Positions 27,290 through 58,181 of a stretch of 64,000 nt of DNA are shown piece by piece. The notes under the pieces were generated by a model that was not told the origin of the DNA, searched no databases, and worked only from the letters and a program-made list of their open reading frames with translations. Each line of letters opens with the position of its first letter. Within the stretch, counting starts at the first letter, position 1. The stretch is from the NCBI RefSeq assembly GCF_009914755.1, contig NC_060937.1; one strand, written 5' to 3'. A program made the translations under genes and the position numbers. The stretch is from the human T2T-CHM13v2.0 reference genome, Homo sapiens.

Positions 27290-27420
27290 GCTGCCCAGGC
27301 CTGGTTCAAATCCTGGCTTGACCTTGGGTAAGTCATTTGATGTTTCTGGTTTTACTTTCTCCCATGTCTAGCTACAAACACAAATCTCAGTGGCATTGCT
27401 TTGAGAATAAAATGTGCTGG
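27290..27420 (+). mobile_element. MIR fragment
   Basis: ctggttcaaatcctggct...tgaccttgggtaagtcattt. Confidence 0.65.
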
Positions 27421-27698
27421 CCCCTGAACTGCAAAATTTGTATTCTTCCAAATGACTAAGGAGAAAACCAAAAACATCCAAGAGCAGCTTTCTTCAGCCG
27501 GAAACTGTAAACTGAGTGAATTTAAGGTCATCTGGTAAAGGGACCTTAAAAATAAGCACGGAAAGACAGCAAGCGTCCTTTTTAAAAGTTATGAAACATT
27601 GTACGCACACACAGTTTATTTTAACCTTAAATTTCAGATCTGTACCTTGTTTTACCTTCTCCTTTAGAATTCTTTGTTTGTTTGTTTGTTTGTTTGTT

Positions 27699-28560
27699 TG
27701 CCGGGCATGGTGGCTCACGACTGTAATCCCAGCACTTTGGGAGGCCAAGGTGGGCAAATCACGAGGTCAAGAGATCGAGACCATCCACTGCCAACATGAT
27801 GAAACCCCATCTCTACTAAAAATACAAATAATTACCTGGGCGTGGTGGCACGTGCCTGTAGTCCCAGCTACTCAGCCTGGTGACAGAGTGAGACTCCGTC
27901 TCAAAAAAAAAAGAATTATATATATATTTAATACCCTCTACTAACACCCTTTTTCTAAATTTAAAGTAATTTTTTAGATTGTTAGGGGTCAGGCATGGTG
28001 GCTCACTTCGGGAGGCCGAGGCAGGCGGATCACGAGTTCAGGAGTTCAATATCAGCCTGGCCAACATGGTGAAACTCCGTCTCTACTAAAAATACAAAAA
28101 TTAGCCAGGCATGGTGGCGGGCACCTGTAATCCCAGCTACGCAGGAGGCTGAGACAGAGTCTGGCTCTGTTGCCCAGGCTGGAGTGCAGTGGCGCTATCT
28201 TGGCTCACTATAAGCTCCGCCTCCCAGGTTCACGTCATTCTCCTGCCTCAGTCTCCTGAGTAGCTGGGACTACAGGCGTCCGCCACCATGCCCAGCTAAT
28301 TTTTTGTATTTTTTAGTAGAGACTGGGTTTCACCGTGTTAGCCAGGGTAGTCTCGATCTCCTGACCTCGTGATCCACCTGCCTCAGCCTCCCAAAGTGCT
28401 GGGATTACAGGTGTGAGCCACCACGCCCAGCAGGGTATTTTTAGTAGAGACGGGGTTTCACCATTTTGGCCAGGCTGGTCTCCAACTCCTAACCTTGTGA
28501 TCCGCCTGCCTCAGCCTCCCAAAGTGCTCAGATTACAGGCATGAGCCACCATGCCCAGCC
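27699..28560. mobile_element. Alu cluster including a fused inverted pair
   Basis: 27699-27912 +, 27986-28157 +, 28150-28432 - (AluY-like), 28433-28560 -. Confidence 0.92.
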
Positions 28561-28680
28561 TCTTGCACTTCTAACTCTACCTCATGTCTGCTTCCCAGAG
28601 GACTTGGATCCACACAGTCACTTTTGAGGTGACCTGCAGTCTCCATCCCTAGGTAGGAGAAGTTGAGAATCTAGTTGTAG

Positions 28681-29400
<720 letters not shown>

Positions 29401-29539
29401 AGAAGTCGTTTCTCACAGGAGCCTGCTGCCTCCCTCTGTTATTTACCATTGGCCTCAGTCACTTGGGGCCTCCTTTCCATTCTTTGCATTCCCACTCTTG
29501 CCAAGCTTGATGCTGGCATCTAGCCTGTGGAATCACTGT

Positions 29540-29870
29540 CTCTTCCACCTGCACACCTGCAAGGCCCTTCACCCAGATCCTTACCTCCTTCTCATTCAGA
29601 TTGCAGGTATGAAGTCATCTCCTGAGAGAAGCTTTCCCTGACCACAACAATCTCACACCTTACAACATCCATAAACTCACCACCCAATTTTACTTTCTTC
29701 AGATCTCTAGTTATTATCTGAAATTATCCGTGCGTCTTCTTTATTGTCTATCTCTCCACTAGAACATGAGTTCTGTAGGAGCTATGACTTTGCCTTGTTT
29801 TGTTTGCCATCTACAGCAGAGCCTAGTATATAAAAGAAGATTAACAAATATTTGCTGAATGAATGAATGA
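29540..29870 (+). mobile_element. L2 3' end
   Basis: tctctccactagaacatgagttc...aaatatttgctgaatgaatgaatg. Confidence 0.8.
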
Positions 29871-29884
29871 AAGTTATCTTCAAT

Positions 29885-32020
<2,136 letters not shown>

Positions 32021-32129
32021 GAAGAGAGTAGGAAGGGCATAATCGTTTATAAAATTATCTTTGGGAACCTGGTTTAAGGATGACTTTCCTGCCAAATTAG
32101 ATGACTCTTGCTCCATTTTGATCTCATTA

Positions 32130-32788
<659 letters not shown>

Positions 32789-33976
32789 AAGCTTTTTTTT
32801 TTTTTTTTTTTTAACCAACTCTTGGAAAGAAAATTTGTGAATGTGCTTCCAGAAAGTAATATTTCTCATTAACTTAGTCCCTCCCATAATTGTGCACTTG
32901 CCTGGTTATTTCTCACCAAAGAAATTAACAGCTAATTTGTCAGCAAAGTGGCTAAATTGCCAGCTTTACAGACTGCCTTATTAACACTTCTAAAATTTAT
33001 TATTAACATTTTACAAGATCCTAATCTGTATTGTCACAAGAACTCTCCACAGTGGCCTAACAAATCCAATGTTTTCAACCAAAATATATACTGCCATTGT
33101 AAACCATTTACACATTGCACACCTTCTCTACACAAAATAAATGGGGACGTGCCCTAAATTGCCTTGCATTCTAGAAATTGTTGATATTCAGCCTCATAAC
33201 TGCCATGCTGTAATCTTTCCTTTACCACTGAGGCTGAAAGTATGCAAACTATATGTCTCAGACTCACCTGACCGGTGAATTCTGATGGATGCCATGAGAG
33301 GCATCCATCCAGATTAGAAAGTGGAGGAAGGTTGTGCAATTCTGTTTCTGGCAGAGGTGTTGGCAGGAGTTCTGGGCCATGGGTTGCTGTTGGGTATCAG
33401 TAACAGGGAGCAATCCCAGGCTCCAAGTGTCCTGCCCTGTAAATATAAAGGGCAGCTCTAGCCTGGCTGTAGGCTTGGGGCTCTGGATAACACAACTGTC
33501 CCTGTAAGCTCCTCCAGCCCAGGAGCAGTAGCAGCTGCCTGCAGGGTGACACCACCCTTCCCCATTTGTTCCTATAGGTCTCCTAACCCTTTTTGTAACC
33601 AATTCCCTGTTTCAAGTGCTCCTATGCTTGAAAGGCATGTGTGTCAGGCACCAAAGGCTGGATGAGACAAAAAGAGCAGGAGTAATTTATATGAAAGAGC
33701 TTGACTCAGTGGGCCTCCAGTATAGGAGGCAAGTTGTTGAAGGTGTCAAGTCCAAGTACAAATACAGTCACACCACTTTCGTTTTTCCATCAAAACACTA
33801 CTCCGTTAACCAGAATGGAGTACCCACCTATTCCATTAACCAGAAGTCCAGTGTGCCCTGCTCTTCTTGGAATAACTTCACACACACTCTCCTACCAGCC
33901 TGCTGCAGTGTTTAAGAAACCTGGGATTTTAATATTATTCAGTGCAGAAGAATGGTTTTTGAAATACATATCGTCA

Positions 33977-35029
<1,053 letters not shown>

Positions 35030-35064
35030 GAGGTTGCAGAATTATGATAAACTGATTTAGAAGC

Positions 35065-38085
<3,021 letters not shown>

Positions 38086-38311
38086 GAATAAATGGTTACA
38101 ATGGCAAATTTTATGTGCTGTATAATTTACTACAACTTTTTAAAAAGCACAAAACTATTATAGGATGCAAATTGGGATTCAAATATGAGTAGAAGGGTAT
38201 GGCATAGTCAAAGGAGAAGGGAAAATTAGTAATCTAGTATCTCTTAGCCCTAAACCCACCCTTTCTCTCTCTGTTACCCTCTCTAGCATGTTGGGGCTGG
38301 AGTTCTGTACA

Positions 38312-39509
<1,198 letters not shown>

Positions 39510-40118
39510 ATCTATCCAACATTTAAAACCAAACAATTAAAACTAATTTTAAGGGAGGCCTAGAGCATTGGGAGGGGTGGTCATGGCAACTTTTCCTACC
39601 TGTCACAATTTTAGGGGGCCTGGTTCTGGCAAAAACGCTATGATGATTGTTTTTGCATCATGTTCCATGCCCCATACCCCAATTTAAAAGCAGAGAGAAG
39701 TAACAAATCAATACCTCTGACCCTCATCCCATTTCTGTCCCCTCCCCTCCTTCACTTGCTCTTATGGGTAAAGCTGCTCAAATATCAAGAAACATACTTT
39801 TAAACCACGTATAAGTTCACTTCAGAATGATTTTGAGTCTGTGGTAGAACTCTGGAGAAGTCCTGAATCCATTTGAAGCCCACGGGCAGGATACAAGGGC
39901 AGATGGGAAGAGAAGGGCGGAGATGATGGCAGAAGTGGACAGGGGAGGATCTGCTAGGAGGCTTGGGAGCTCTCATTCAAACTCTCTCCATCATTGTCTC
40001 CCACTCTTAGGCATAAGTCCACTCAAACATCAGGAGGCTGGTTGCAGAGGCATGGTGATCTTCTGCTGGCCTCAGCCTCGATCTTCTGGGGAAGGCAATG
40101 AGGAATTTGCTGTATCTC

Positions 40119-41231
<1,113 letters not shown>

Positions 41232-41443
41232 TCTCTGTAGGAAAAAGGTGGTCATAAATGGGTGAGTAGGATACATTCCCCAAAGTCAGGAACAGCCCTT
41301 GGTGAGGTTTGTAGGAGTCTCTTTTCTCCATTCTCGGTGTGGGAGGCATTTTGCTGCAGCTACTAGCAATGTCTTTGGCACGTTCCCATGTGATCCTTGC
41401 ATCAAGTTCTTATTTTTCTTCCTTTTTAAAAATGTATTTTATT

Positions 41444-41727
<284 letters not shown>

Positions 41728-41752
41728 ATTATATATATATATATAATTTTTT

Positions 41753-42089
41753 TGTCTCTATGAATTTGATTACTCTTAGGTACCTCATGTGAGTAGAATC
41801 ATCCAGTATTTGTCCTTTTGTGACTGGCTTATTTCACTTAACATAATGTCATCAAGGTTCATCCTTGTTGTAGTATGAGCCTCTGTTGCTTTTTTGGAAT
41901 TGCAATGAAGAACACAATATAAATTTATCTTTTTAACAATTTTAAGTGTTCAGTATTGTTAACTATAAACACATTGTTGTAAAACAGATCTCTAGAACTT
42001 CTTCATCTTGCATGACTGAAACTCTACACCCATTGAACAACTTCCCTTTTGCCTCTCCCTCTGGCCCCTGGAAACCACCACTCTACTTT
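41753..42089 (+). repeat. 337-bp direct duplicate of 43154-43490
   Basis: About 15 mismatches and no gaps by eye. Confidence 0.95.
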
Positions 42090-42091
42090 AC

Positions 42092-42095
<4 letters not shown>

Positions 42096-42134
<39 letters not shown>
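42096..42134. repeat. (TG)n microsatellite
   Basis: About 19 TG units. Confidence 0.97.
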
Positions 42135-42137
<3 letters not shown>

Positions 42138-42914
42138 ATATTTATTCCAGTCTAGGTTCACAATATTTTTTTTCTTTTAAAAATGTTTTATTTTGTTATC
42201 TTTATTTAATAGAGACAGGGTCTTGCTATGTTTTCCAGATTGGTCTTAAACTCCTGGGTTCAAGCGATCCTCCTTCCTCAGTGTCTCAAAGTGTTGGGAT
42301 TACAGGCATGAGCCACCACGTCTGGCCTAAATCAAGTTCTGAATTCATTTGATCTCCTTCCCTAGGGAGCTCTGCTGCATGGATTTTTTTGTGTCAGCTG
42401 ATTTCTCCAAGAGATGTTCCTGTACCCTGCCAAACTCTCCCACAGCCAACTTGGGCAAAGGCCAAAGGAGATCTTCAATTAATTCCATTCTTTCTGTGTT
42501 TTGGATTTATTGTAGAAATCAAGATGTTGTTTCCATATTGAAATTGGAAGCTCTGTTATTATGAATGAAAACAGAAATAATCTGTTAACAACACCAGTTC
42601 TTAATTGCCTGTTCTTTAGTTTGGCAAGCTTTCCTGCAAGAGAAGAAAAACGACGTCTGCACACAAAAAACACAGGGGGAGCGGTGGTGGGGGAAAGCTA
42701 GTGCTCATGGAATCTAGAAGGTTTTCTGGCTCCAAACCGAATGAGCTCAAGACAAGGAATTACCAGACATGGAAAGTGATGGGGATGGGCAGAGTGTGGT
42801 GCCTATACCTCGCTTCTTCCTGCTATTTTGTATTTTCTCTGCCATCTATAAATCGTCTCATCTAGGCTTTCTGGAGGGCCTCCACAGTTTTGTTTTGTTT
42901 TGTTTTTCCTTTAA

Positions 42915-44075
42915 AAAAATTATAGTAAAACATACATAATAAAATTTTTCATTTTAACCATTCTAAGCTTATGTTTCAGTGGCATTAAGTATATTCATAG
43001 TGTTATGCAACCACCACTGCATCCCTCTCCAGAACTTTTTCATCTTCCCAAACTGAAACTCTGTACCTGTTAACTCCCCATTCCCCCTTCCCTGCATAAA
43101 TAACTCCCCATTATCCCTTTCTGCTAGTCCCTGGCAACCACCCTTCTACTTTCTGTCTCTATGAATTTGATTACTCTTAGGTACCTCATGTGAGTAGAAT
43201 CATCCAGTATCTGTCCTTTTGTGACTGGCTTATTTCACTTAACATAATGTCATCAAGTTTCATCCGTGTTGTAGTATGAGCCTCTGTTGCTTTTTTGGAA
43301 TTGCAGTAAAGAACACAATATAAATTTATCTTCTTAACAATTTTAAGTTTTCAGTATTGTTAACTATAAGCATACTGTTGTAAAACAGATCTCTAGAACT
43401 TCTTCATCTTGCATGACTGAAACTCTATGCCCATTGAACAACTTCCCTTTTTCCTCTCCCTCTGGCCCCTGGAGACCGCCACTCTACTTTTCTGTTTCTG
43501 AGTTTAATTACTTTATACATCTCATGTGAGTGGCTTTATGCAGCACTTATGTTTTTGTGATTGGCTTGTTTCATTTAATGCCTTCAAGCTTCATCCATGT
43601 TGTAGCTTATGACAGGATTTCTTTCTTTTCTAAAGCTGAATATTATTCCATTGTATGAACATACCACATTTTCATTATCCATTCAACCATCAATGCACAT
43701 TTGAGTTGCTTCCACCTCTTGGCTATTGTGAATGCTGTTGCAGTGAACAAAGGTGTGCAAATATCTTTTTGAGATCCTGTTGTTGCAATATATTCAGAGG
43801 TAGAATTGCTGGATCATGTGGTAATTCTACGTTTAACTTGAGCAACCTCCATATTGTTTTCCACAGTGGCAGCACCATTTTGCATTCCCATGAACAGTGC
43901 CCAAGGGCTTCAATTTATCCACACACTTGCCAACACTTGGTATTTTCTATGCTTTTGAAAATGGCCATCCTGACATGACGTGATGCCTCACTGTGGTTTT
44001 AGTTTGCATTTCCCCGATGATTAGTGATGTTGAGCATCTTCTCATAGGCTTGTGGCCACTTGTATATTCTCCATC
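42915..44075 (-). mobile_element. Two adjacent L1MB-type 3' fragments
   Basis: ttaaccatt...ttcagtggcattaagtatattca; second fragment gatctctagaactt...gtttgcatttccccgatgattagtgatgttgagcatc. Confidence 0.85.
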
Positions 44076-44705
44076 GATTTTTCTCTCACCCCACCCCTGA
44101 CTTTTTCTGAGCTTTTTCCTTTTTCCACAATCATACATCCATGCTAACGACAGATGAATCTGTTACTGTATTTGTTCTTATCAAGAAGAGGAAGCAAGAG
44201 AACTGAAAATAAAAAGATATATTTGAGAGACCAGCTAGAAAAAGAAAGCAGGTAGGAAAAATTGGAAAATGCACAGTGGAGGGGCAGGAATGGGAGGGAG
44301 GGAGCAGCAAAGCAGAACTGGGGGTGACAGGAAGGGACGCTGACCACCATGTCCCCAGAAAATTCGGAGTCAGAGGTCTTCCTGATCACCTGCCTTACCT
44401 CCAAGCAACCTGAAGAGCAGAATCCCCATCCCTTGGTGCCATCATGACTCTAGAAAAATCTTTTGAGAAACTGGGCTACAAATAAGTCAGGACTCACATC
44501 CTGGTGTCTCTTAGGACAAACAAGTGTTGTCCCCAAACTGCTCCATTCATCCTCTGATGTCATCCAGTTCCCATCCTCATCACTCTTCAACCCATCCACT
44601 GAGTTCCTGGAATACCTGCTCTGTGTCCAGCAAATTTCTATACATTCCCACCTTTTGTCCCATAGAGCCCTCACCTCATTTCCAGAACAGCTAGTTCCTT
44701 CATAA

Positions 44706-45298
<593 letters not shown>

Positions 45299-45399
45299 TC
45301 TCCCTTTCCTTATTGCAAAATGATCCCAGCTCTCCTAATGCTCAGATCATCAACTACACCCTCCTCTCCCCTTCCGCCTTCTGTATCAAGCAGCTTCCC

Positions 45400-46400
<1,001 letters not shown>

Positions 46401-46859
46401 ATGTCTGCAATTCACATTGTAAAACTCCCATATGATCAATGTGATGTTATGCATGTGCCTGTCAGCTTAAACTTCATTCTAAGTGTGGTTAGTAACATGC
46501 CATCTTGCACAGTCAAGGGGCCCAGACCTGGTTGTGGTGGGCATGAGGAGCGCTGACGGGATGTGGTGGAGAGAGGGAGGCATGCAGGCACCAAGACACA
46601 CACCACCTGGTCCCCAGAAGCTGGCATAGCCTCAGGACCTCCAAACCCTGCTGGAGTCATCAGACTCCTGTGCTGCTGATGTTCACATTGGAGTGGATCC
46701 ATCCATCACCTGGAGAATTTTTATTCTTGGCCTTCCCATCTTCACTCCCTCCCTTACCCCCACTCCCTCCATGTGTTGCTCTGTATGGCCTTCCTACTGA
46801 TCATGGTTTAGGTCAACCACGGAAGGCATAGACCCATGTCTCTGCAGATCAGTGAAGGT

Positions 46860-48605
<1,746 letters not shown>

Positions 48606-49744
48606 AAGCTGAAGACACCAATGAAGTACATTTTCTTACTCAGCTAAAGCTGTGGAAAACCACAAAAATGAATTTATTGTTATTCCTGAACTAGGTGGAG
48701 CTCAGTGTGAACCAACAGAACAGAATCTGGCAAAACTTTTCAGTTAATACCTAGAGATCCTAATAATCTCTCTGAGGCTCTTCTGACATTTACCATTGGG
48801 CTCAAAAGTTCCAGCAGAGCTATTAAAATGAAACCCAGGGGGAGAGTTGTGGACCCACTGGACATCTAAGTAAAATAAGTATTGGTATTAGGGAAAAATT
48901 GGGCTCCATATCTTTGAGCAATTACTTCAAGGAATCCCATAATATAACTTATGGAGGCCATTACAGTGGATGTTATTACATGCTGTCATGGAGCTCCAGA
49001 AGAGTGGAGTGAATATGAATGCAGCGGTGAAGGGAAAGCTTGCCCTTCACCCTTGGAAGCTTTGCTGAAAAATCAACTCACAAAAGCCGGGTCTATTGGA
49101 TAAAAGGCATATAAATTTATTTGATCACAGTTTTATGTGGCATAGGAGCCTTTAGAATGAAGACCCAACTCCCCCTTGGAGTCTAGAAGTTTAGATACCA
49201 TCTTGAGGTTACAAAAAAAACGGGAGCTTGAGTCCTGGCAAAACAGGTTATGGGAGCAGGAGAAGGGGAGTTCTGTTGCAGGGCAATGCATGATTCCTAG
49301 GGAGGATTTGGCGGGCTGCAAGAGTATACGGTGGTCTGGGAAAAGTCTGTTGGGCCCATAGAGTGGATAATGGTTGGTGACAAGAGTCCGTCCAGGTTTG
49401 TTGACAGACTTTAATCTTCATTCCTGTTCTATGGGTTCAGTTAATGAAAATCGAGGGAAGCAGCCTGGTGTGGTGGCTCACACCTATTATCCCAACACTT
49501 TCAGACACTTAGATGGGAGGATCGCTTGAGCCCAGGAGTTTTAGACCAGCCTGGGTAATGTGGCAAGACAATGTCTCTACAAAAAAACTTAAAAACTTAG
49601 CTGGGTTTGATGGTGTGAACCTGTGGCCTCAGTTATTTGGGAGGCTGACATGGAGGATTGCTGGGCTTGGAAGGTTGAGGCTGCAGTGAGCCACATTTGC
49701 ACCACTGCACTCCAGCCTGAGTGACAGAGTGAGACTCCATCTCA

Positions 49745-49764
49745 AAAAAGAAAGAAAGAAAGAC

Positions 49765-49823
<59 letters not shown>

Positions 49824-49942
49824 AGGAAAGAAAGAAAGAGAGAGAGAGAAAGGAAAGGAAAGGAAAGGAAAGGAAAGGAAAGGAAAGGAAAGGAAAGGAA
49901 AGGAAAGGAAAGGAAAGGAAAGGAAAGGAAAGGAAAGGAAAA
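49745..49942 (+). repeat. Compound purine STR (GAAA)n-(GA)n-(AAAGG)18 in an Alu tail
   Basis: Read directly; 49849-49938 is 18 perfect AAAGG units. Confidence 0.97.
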
Positions 49943-50115
49943 CCAGAATGCTTCTGGGGGAAAAACTTCACGGAAGGGACTAGAGTTAATTGTTTTCTTC
50001 TTTGTTAGGTCCAGAATTTAGGCAAATAAGGGAACTCTAGAGAACAACTCCGTCCAATGCTTTGGGAGAGATGGAGGAGGGTTGGGGGAGAGGACAGAGA
50101 GATCTTGAAGTTTTT

Positions 50116-50175
50116 TTTTCAGTTCAGCATGTACAAAGCACCCTATTTTCAGTTCAGCATGTACAAAGCATCCTA
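50116..50175 (+). repeat. 30-bp tandem duplication
   Basis: ttttcagttcagcatgtacaaagca(c/t)ccta twice. Confidence 0.95.
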
Positions 50176-50455
50176 TTTTGGGGTATTGGTTTTTGAGCCC
50201 CAACATGAGCTTCTCCTTTTTGAATGATGCCTATCAAGTGTGTGTGGAAAATGGCAAGACAGTTCTGTGAGCCATGTGGTTGGAACAGGTCCATAGAGGC
50301 ACTGATCTTTCTGGGATGCCACCCGCACCACCCCACACCAAGATGACTCCCAGCCTGAACCTCACAGAGGCATCGGTGCTGCTCCTGGAGGATGCTGAAG
50401 CCTCAAACTAATGGAAATATTCTTTTTTCGAGATGTAGTCCTTTTTTAATGGCTA

Positions 50456-51110
<655 letters not shown>

Positions 51111-51671
51111 CAATAGATACTGTTTATTTTTGTTGCTGATAAAGGGTTACAGAGCTCCTAAGCAAAAAAGGCCCAGTGCAGCACGTCCAGAATTATATTT
51201 GAGAGGGCCATACTCCAAGGTGACTACAACAAATTGTTATATTGTCCCTATCTTAGTCCAGAGCTGACCCTTCACTAATGTATTAGATGTCAAGAAGAGG
51301 GATTTTGTTGGCAAAGCTATTGGCTTGTTAATTAGGGTGATAGATGTTAGAAAGGGCTGCTTTTTGGGGGACGTTAAGGTATACAAGATGTGTGGACCAA
51401 GTAAAACAGCTAAAAAAGACCCCTGACACTCACACCTATATGCCTTACATGAATACAGTAAAAGCATCCACTGAAAACTTCAGCCTAAAGCTATTACAGA
51501 TGGGGCTCCTGTAAAAAGTCCCATTGCAAGAGGAGACATTCCTGTGTCCAGCCAATGGATCAGGGGGCTTTCTGATTTCATGATACCAAATAGAAGGCAC
51601 AGAATGTTGCCTGCAGAAAGTTGTTCAAGTGAATCCTTCATGGAGTTGGAATATACAGTTTGGAATTCCTA

Positions 51672-51990
51672 TGTATCAGTCAGCCTTAGCTAGCTTACGC
51701 TGTGGTAATAAACAGTCCTCCAATTCAAGGTGGCTTACAACAACCAAAGTTTATTGCATGTTGACTGCAGGTCCACCAAGGCCCTGCTCTGTGTCCTCTT
51801 CATTCTACATCCAAGGCTGAGTGAGCAGTCCCTCTCTGGGAAATGCTGGTCTCAAGGCTGAGGGCGAGGATGATGGTGGAACCAAGAGAAGGACTTTAAA
51901 GCCTCCATTTGGAAGTGACACATATCACTTCCACTCACACTTCACTGGCCAAAGCAAACCACACCCAAGCCTGGAGTTGATGGGCCAGTA
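51672..51990 (-). mobile_element. MLT1J/K LTR
   Basis: tgtatcagtcag...gtggcttacaacaaccaaagtttatt...cacttccactcacacttcactggccaaagcaa. Confidence 0.75.
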
Positions 51991-52366
51991 GCAAGGAACA
52001 TGGACAAAAATGCAGCTTCCTAATCCTACAGGGCCAGGGAGCCGGGAGTTGACTGAGTTTGCAAAGCTGGTGGCGTGAGCTGCTTTGTGCCTGCTTGGCT
52101 AGTGACTGTCTAACAAATGTCTCTATCAGAGGCTTGCTTTCATTCTGCCTTTGTGTGTGGGGGTGGTGGGCGATTGGCTAGCCCTGACCTGGTGTAATTT
52201 CTTTCAACCAAGATTGTGCATAACCAACTGGCTCAGGTGAGTTTGCCACAGCCCCTCCCCATATTCCCTGACAAAGGCCCATTGCCTCCACAAAAGCTCC
52301 CAATAGGAATCCCACTCCTTCTCGCCTGTTCAGAGTTTGGCTTTTTCTAAAAAAGAAAGAAAGAAA

Positions 52367-54847
<2,481 letters not shown>

Positions 54848-55073
54848 TGAACCAAGTCTTTAAGAGGGAGAATTCTGGGTGTGTTGGACTGGAAAGGAAA
54901 GGAAGTAGTTCTGGGCTTTTCCTTGGTGATCTTGGGGAGCCCACCCCTACCCTGGCAAGGGCCTTGGCATCCAGCTTCAGGTAGACCTCAGACCACAGGG
55001 GATACAGCATGGAGTTCCCTGTGTCCACCTGTGCCCTGACCTCTGGGTAATTCTCAGACAAAACCCACAGTAC

Positions 55074-55716
55074 TTTAGGGGCCAAGGGCAAGCTTCCCCT
55101 TCACCCTCTGAAGGCTCATGGAAAAGTCAACTGACAAAAAGCAGGTTAAGAACAGAGAAGGCATACAAATTCATTAATATGCATGGGAGTCGTAAGACCT
55201 CAGATACATGGCTGGATGGCTGATGCTTCTTTTTTAAAAGTTTTTTTTTTAATTTAATAGCTATTTTTTTAGAGATGGAGTCTCACTCCATCACCCAGGC
55301 TGAAGTGCAGTGGTGCGATCATAGCTCACTGGATCTTTGAACTCCTGTGCTCAAGCGATCCTCCCACCTCAGCCTCTTGAATAGCTGGGACCACAGGTGC
55401 ACACCATCACATCTGGCTAATTTTTTGTTTGTTTGTTTGTTTCTGAGACAGGGTCTCACTCTGTCACCTAGGCTGGAGTGCAGTGGCTTGACCATGGCTC
55501 ATTGCAGCCTCAACCTCCGGGCTCAAGAAATCCTCCCACTTCAGCCTCCCAAGTAGCTGGGACTACAGGCATGCACCAGCACACTGGGCTAATTTTTATA
55601 TTTTTAGTAGAGATGGGGTTTTGTCATGTTGCATATATATATACATATATATGTGTATATATGTGTGATATATATATGTATACATATATACATATGTATA
55701 TGTATATATGTATACA

Positions 55717-55750
<34 letters not shown>

Positions 55751-56268
55751 GTAGAGACGGAGTCTTACTTTGTTGCCCAGGCTGGTCTCAAACTCCTGGC
55801 TTCAAGCAATCCTCCCACCTTGGCCTTCCAAAGTGCTGGGATTATGGTCCCACCTTGCCCAGCCTGGTTGATGCTTTTCTGTAACCATCTTGAGGTTTCA
55901 GAAAAAACGAGGGCTTGGAGCAAGACCAGACAGGTTATGGGAAGGAGAGAAGAGGGGGCTTGGCTTACAAAGGTCATCTTGTTATGTAGATGAAATCTCA
56001 CAGGTAGCAGCTCTCAGAGAGAAGAGATGGTGAATGTTCTTTTCAGATGTTTAAAGGTGTCGGACTCTCAGTTCATCTTTCCCAGATTGGACAATGGAAG
56101 GCCTCAGGGAAAGCCTGGTTGCACCCGTGTGGATTTTCTCTACAGGTGCAAATCTCCCCAACAAAGGGTAGCTTTGCAGCTTTTCCTTTATTTCCAGACC
56201 TTCTGAATAGCCATGTTGTACCATGTCAAGGAAATCTATTTTGGGGTGAAATATTTCAGTTTCCTTCA
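55074..56268 (-). mobile_element. MER4-group ERV1 solo LTR with nested AluJs (55265-55864) and a TA-rich microsatellite (55633-55733)
   Basis: cttccccttcaccctctgaagg...gaaggcatacaaatt...attttggggtgaaatatttcagtttccttca. Confidence 0.75.
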
Positions 56269-56464
56269 GTAATTTTGGAGGTGATGTTGAGTTGTAGGAG
56301 GGGGAGATAAGATTATTATTTTTCCTACATAAACTACTGTCATTGAGTACCATTTTTCTATTGCCTCTACCACACAGAGAAGAATGTATCAAGCACTCTA
56401 GTAGGCACTGCAGTATTTACAACTGAGAAAATAAGCAACTGGAAATATAAAAATTGTTACCTAG

Positions 56465-57749
<1,285 letters not shown>

Positions 57750-58181
57750 TCAATTTTCTTTAATAAAAGATTAATTGGTGTCAGGTTGCTTAGGGAGAGG
57801 GGACCAAAAACTCAGTCTTCAGCAACTGTGGGCTGTTTCTGGTGAATTAGTACCTCCTCCTGGCAATACTTTATCCAGCAGTGTTGCTGACAAATGGAAG
57901 TTGCTGGGGTGGGTGGAAGAGAAGGAGTAAACAGGGGGTCAGTTTTAGTGGCTTTATGTACCTGCTGTGGATAAATCAGTTCAGTGGATTTTTCATTTCC
58001 TTTTTCCACAAAGTGAGAAATAGTAGAGAGAATTAAGCTAAAAGACCGTTTGTAAATACAAAGTCACTGCATCTTCCCCCTCCACCAACATGATATATTC
58101 TCGAGTTTCTATTGTGTTCTAGGCCCTTAGATGAGTACTGTGTGCTTAGTGTGTGCCTGTCCTCAGCAGGGTAATTCCACT

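Larger units (their letters stand above)
49020..50205 (-). mobile_element. MER4-group ERV1 solo LTR (MER31-like) with an AluJ (49462-49745, +)
   Basis: gctgaaaaatcaactcacaaaag...ttttggggtattggtttttgagccccaaca. Confidence 0.75.

Noticed and set aside
33616-33915. Faint resemblance of this ORF to the N-terminus of RPL37A
   Set aside because: Only scattered residues match, with no CxxC zinc-finger motifs and no poly-A tail. Not supportable as a pseudogene.
49633-49983. KERK- and FLSF-repeat ORFs
   Set aside because: Translation of the purine microsatellite.
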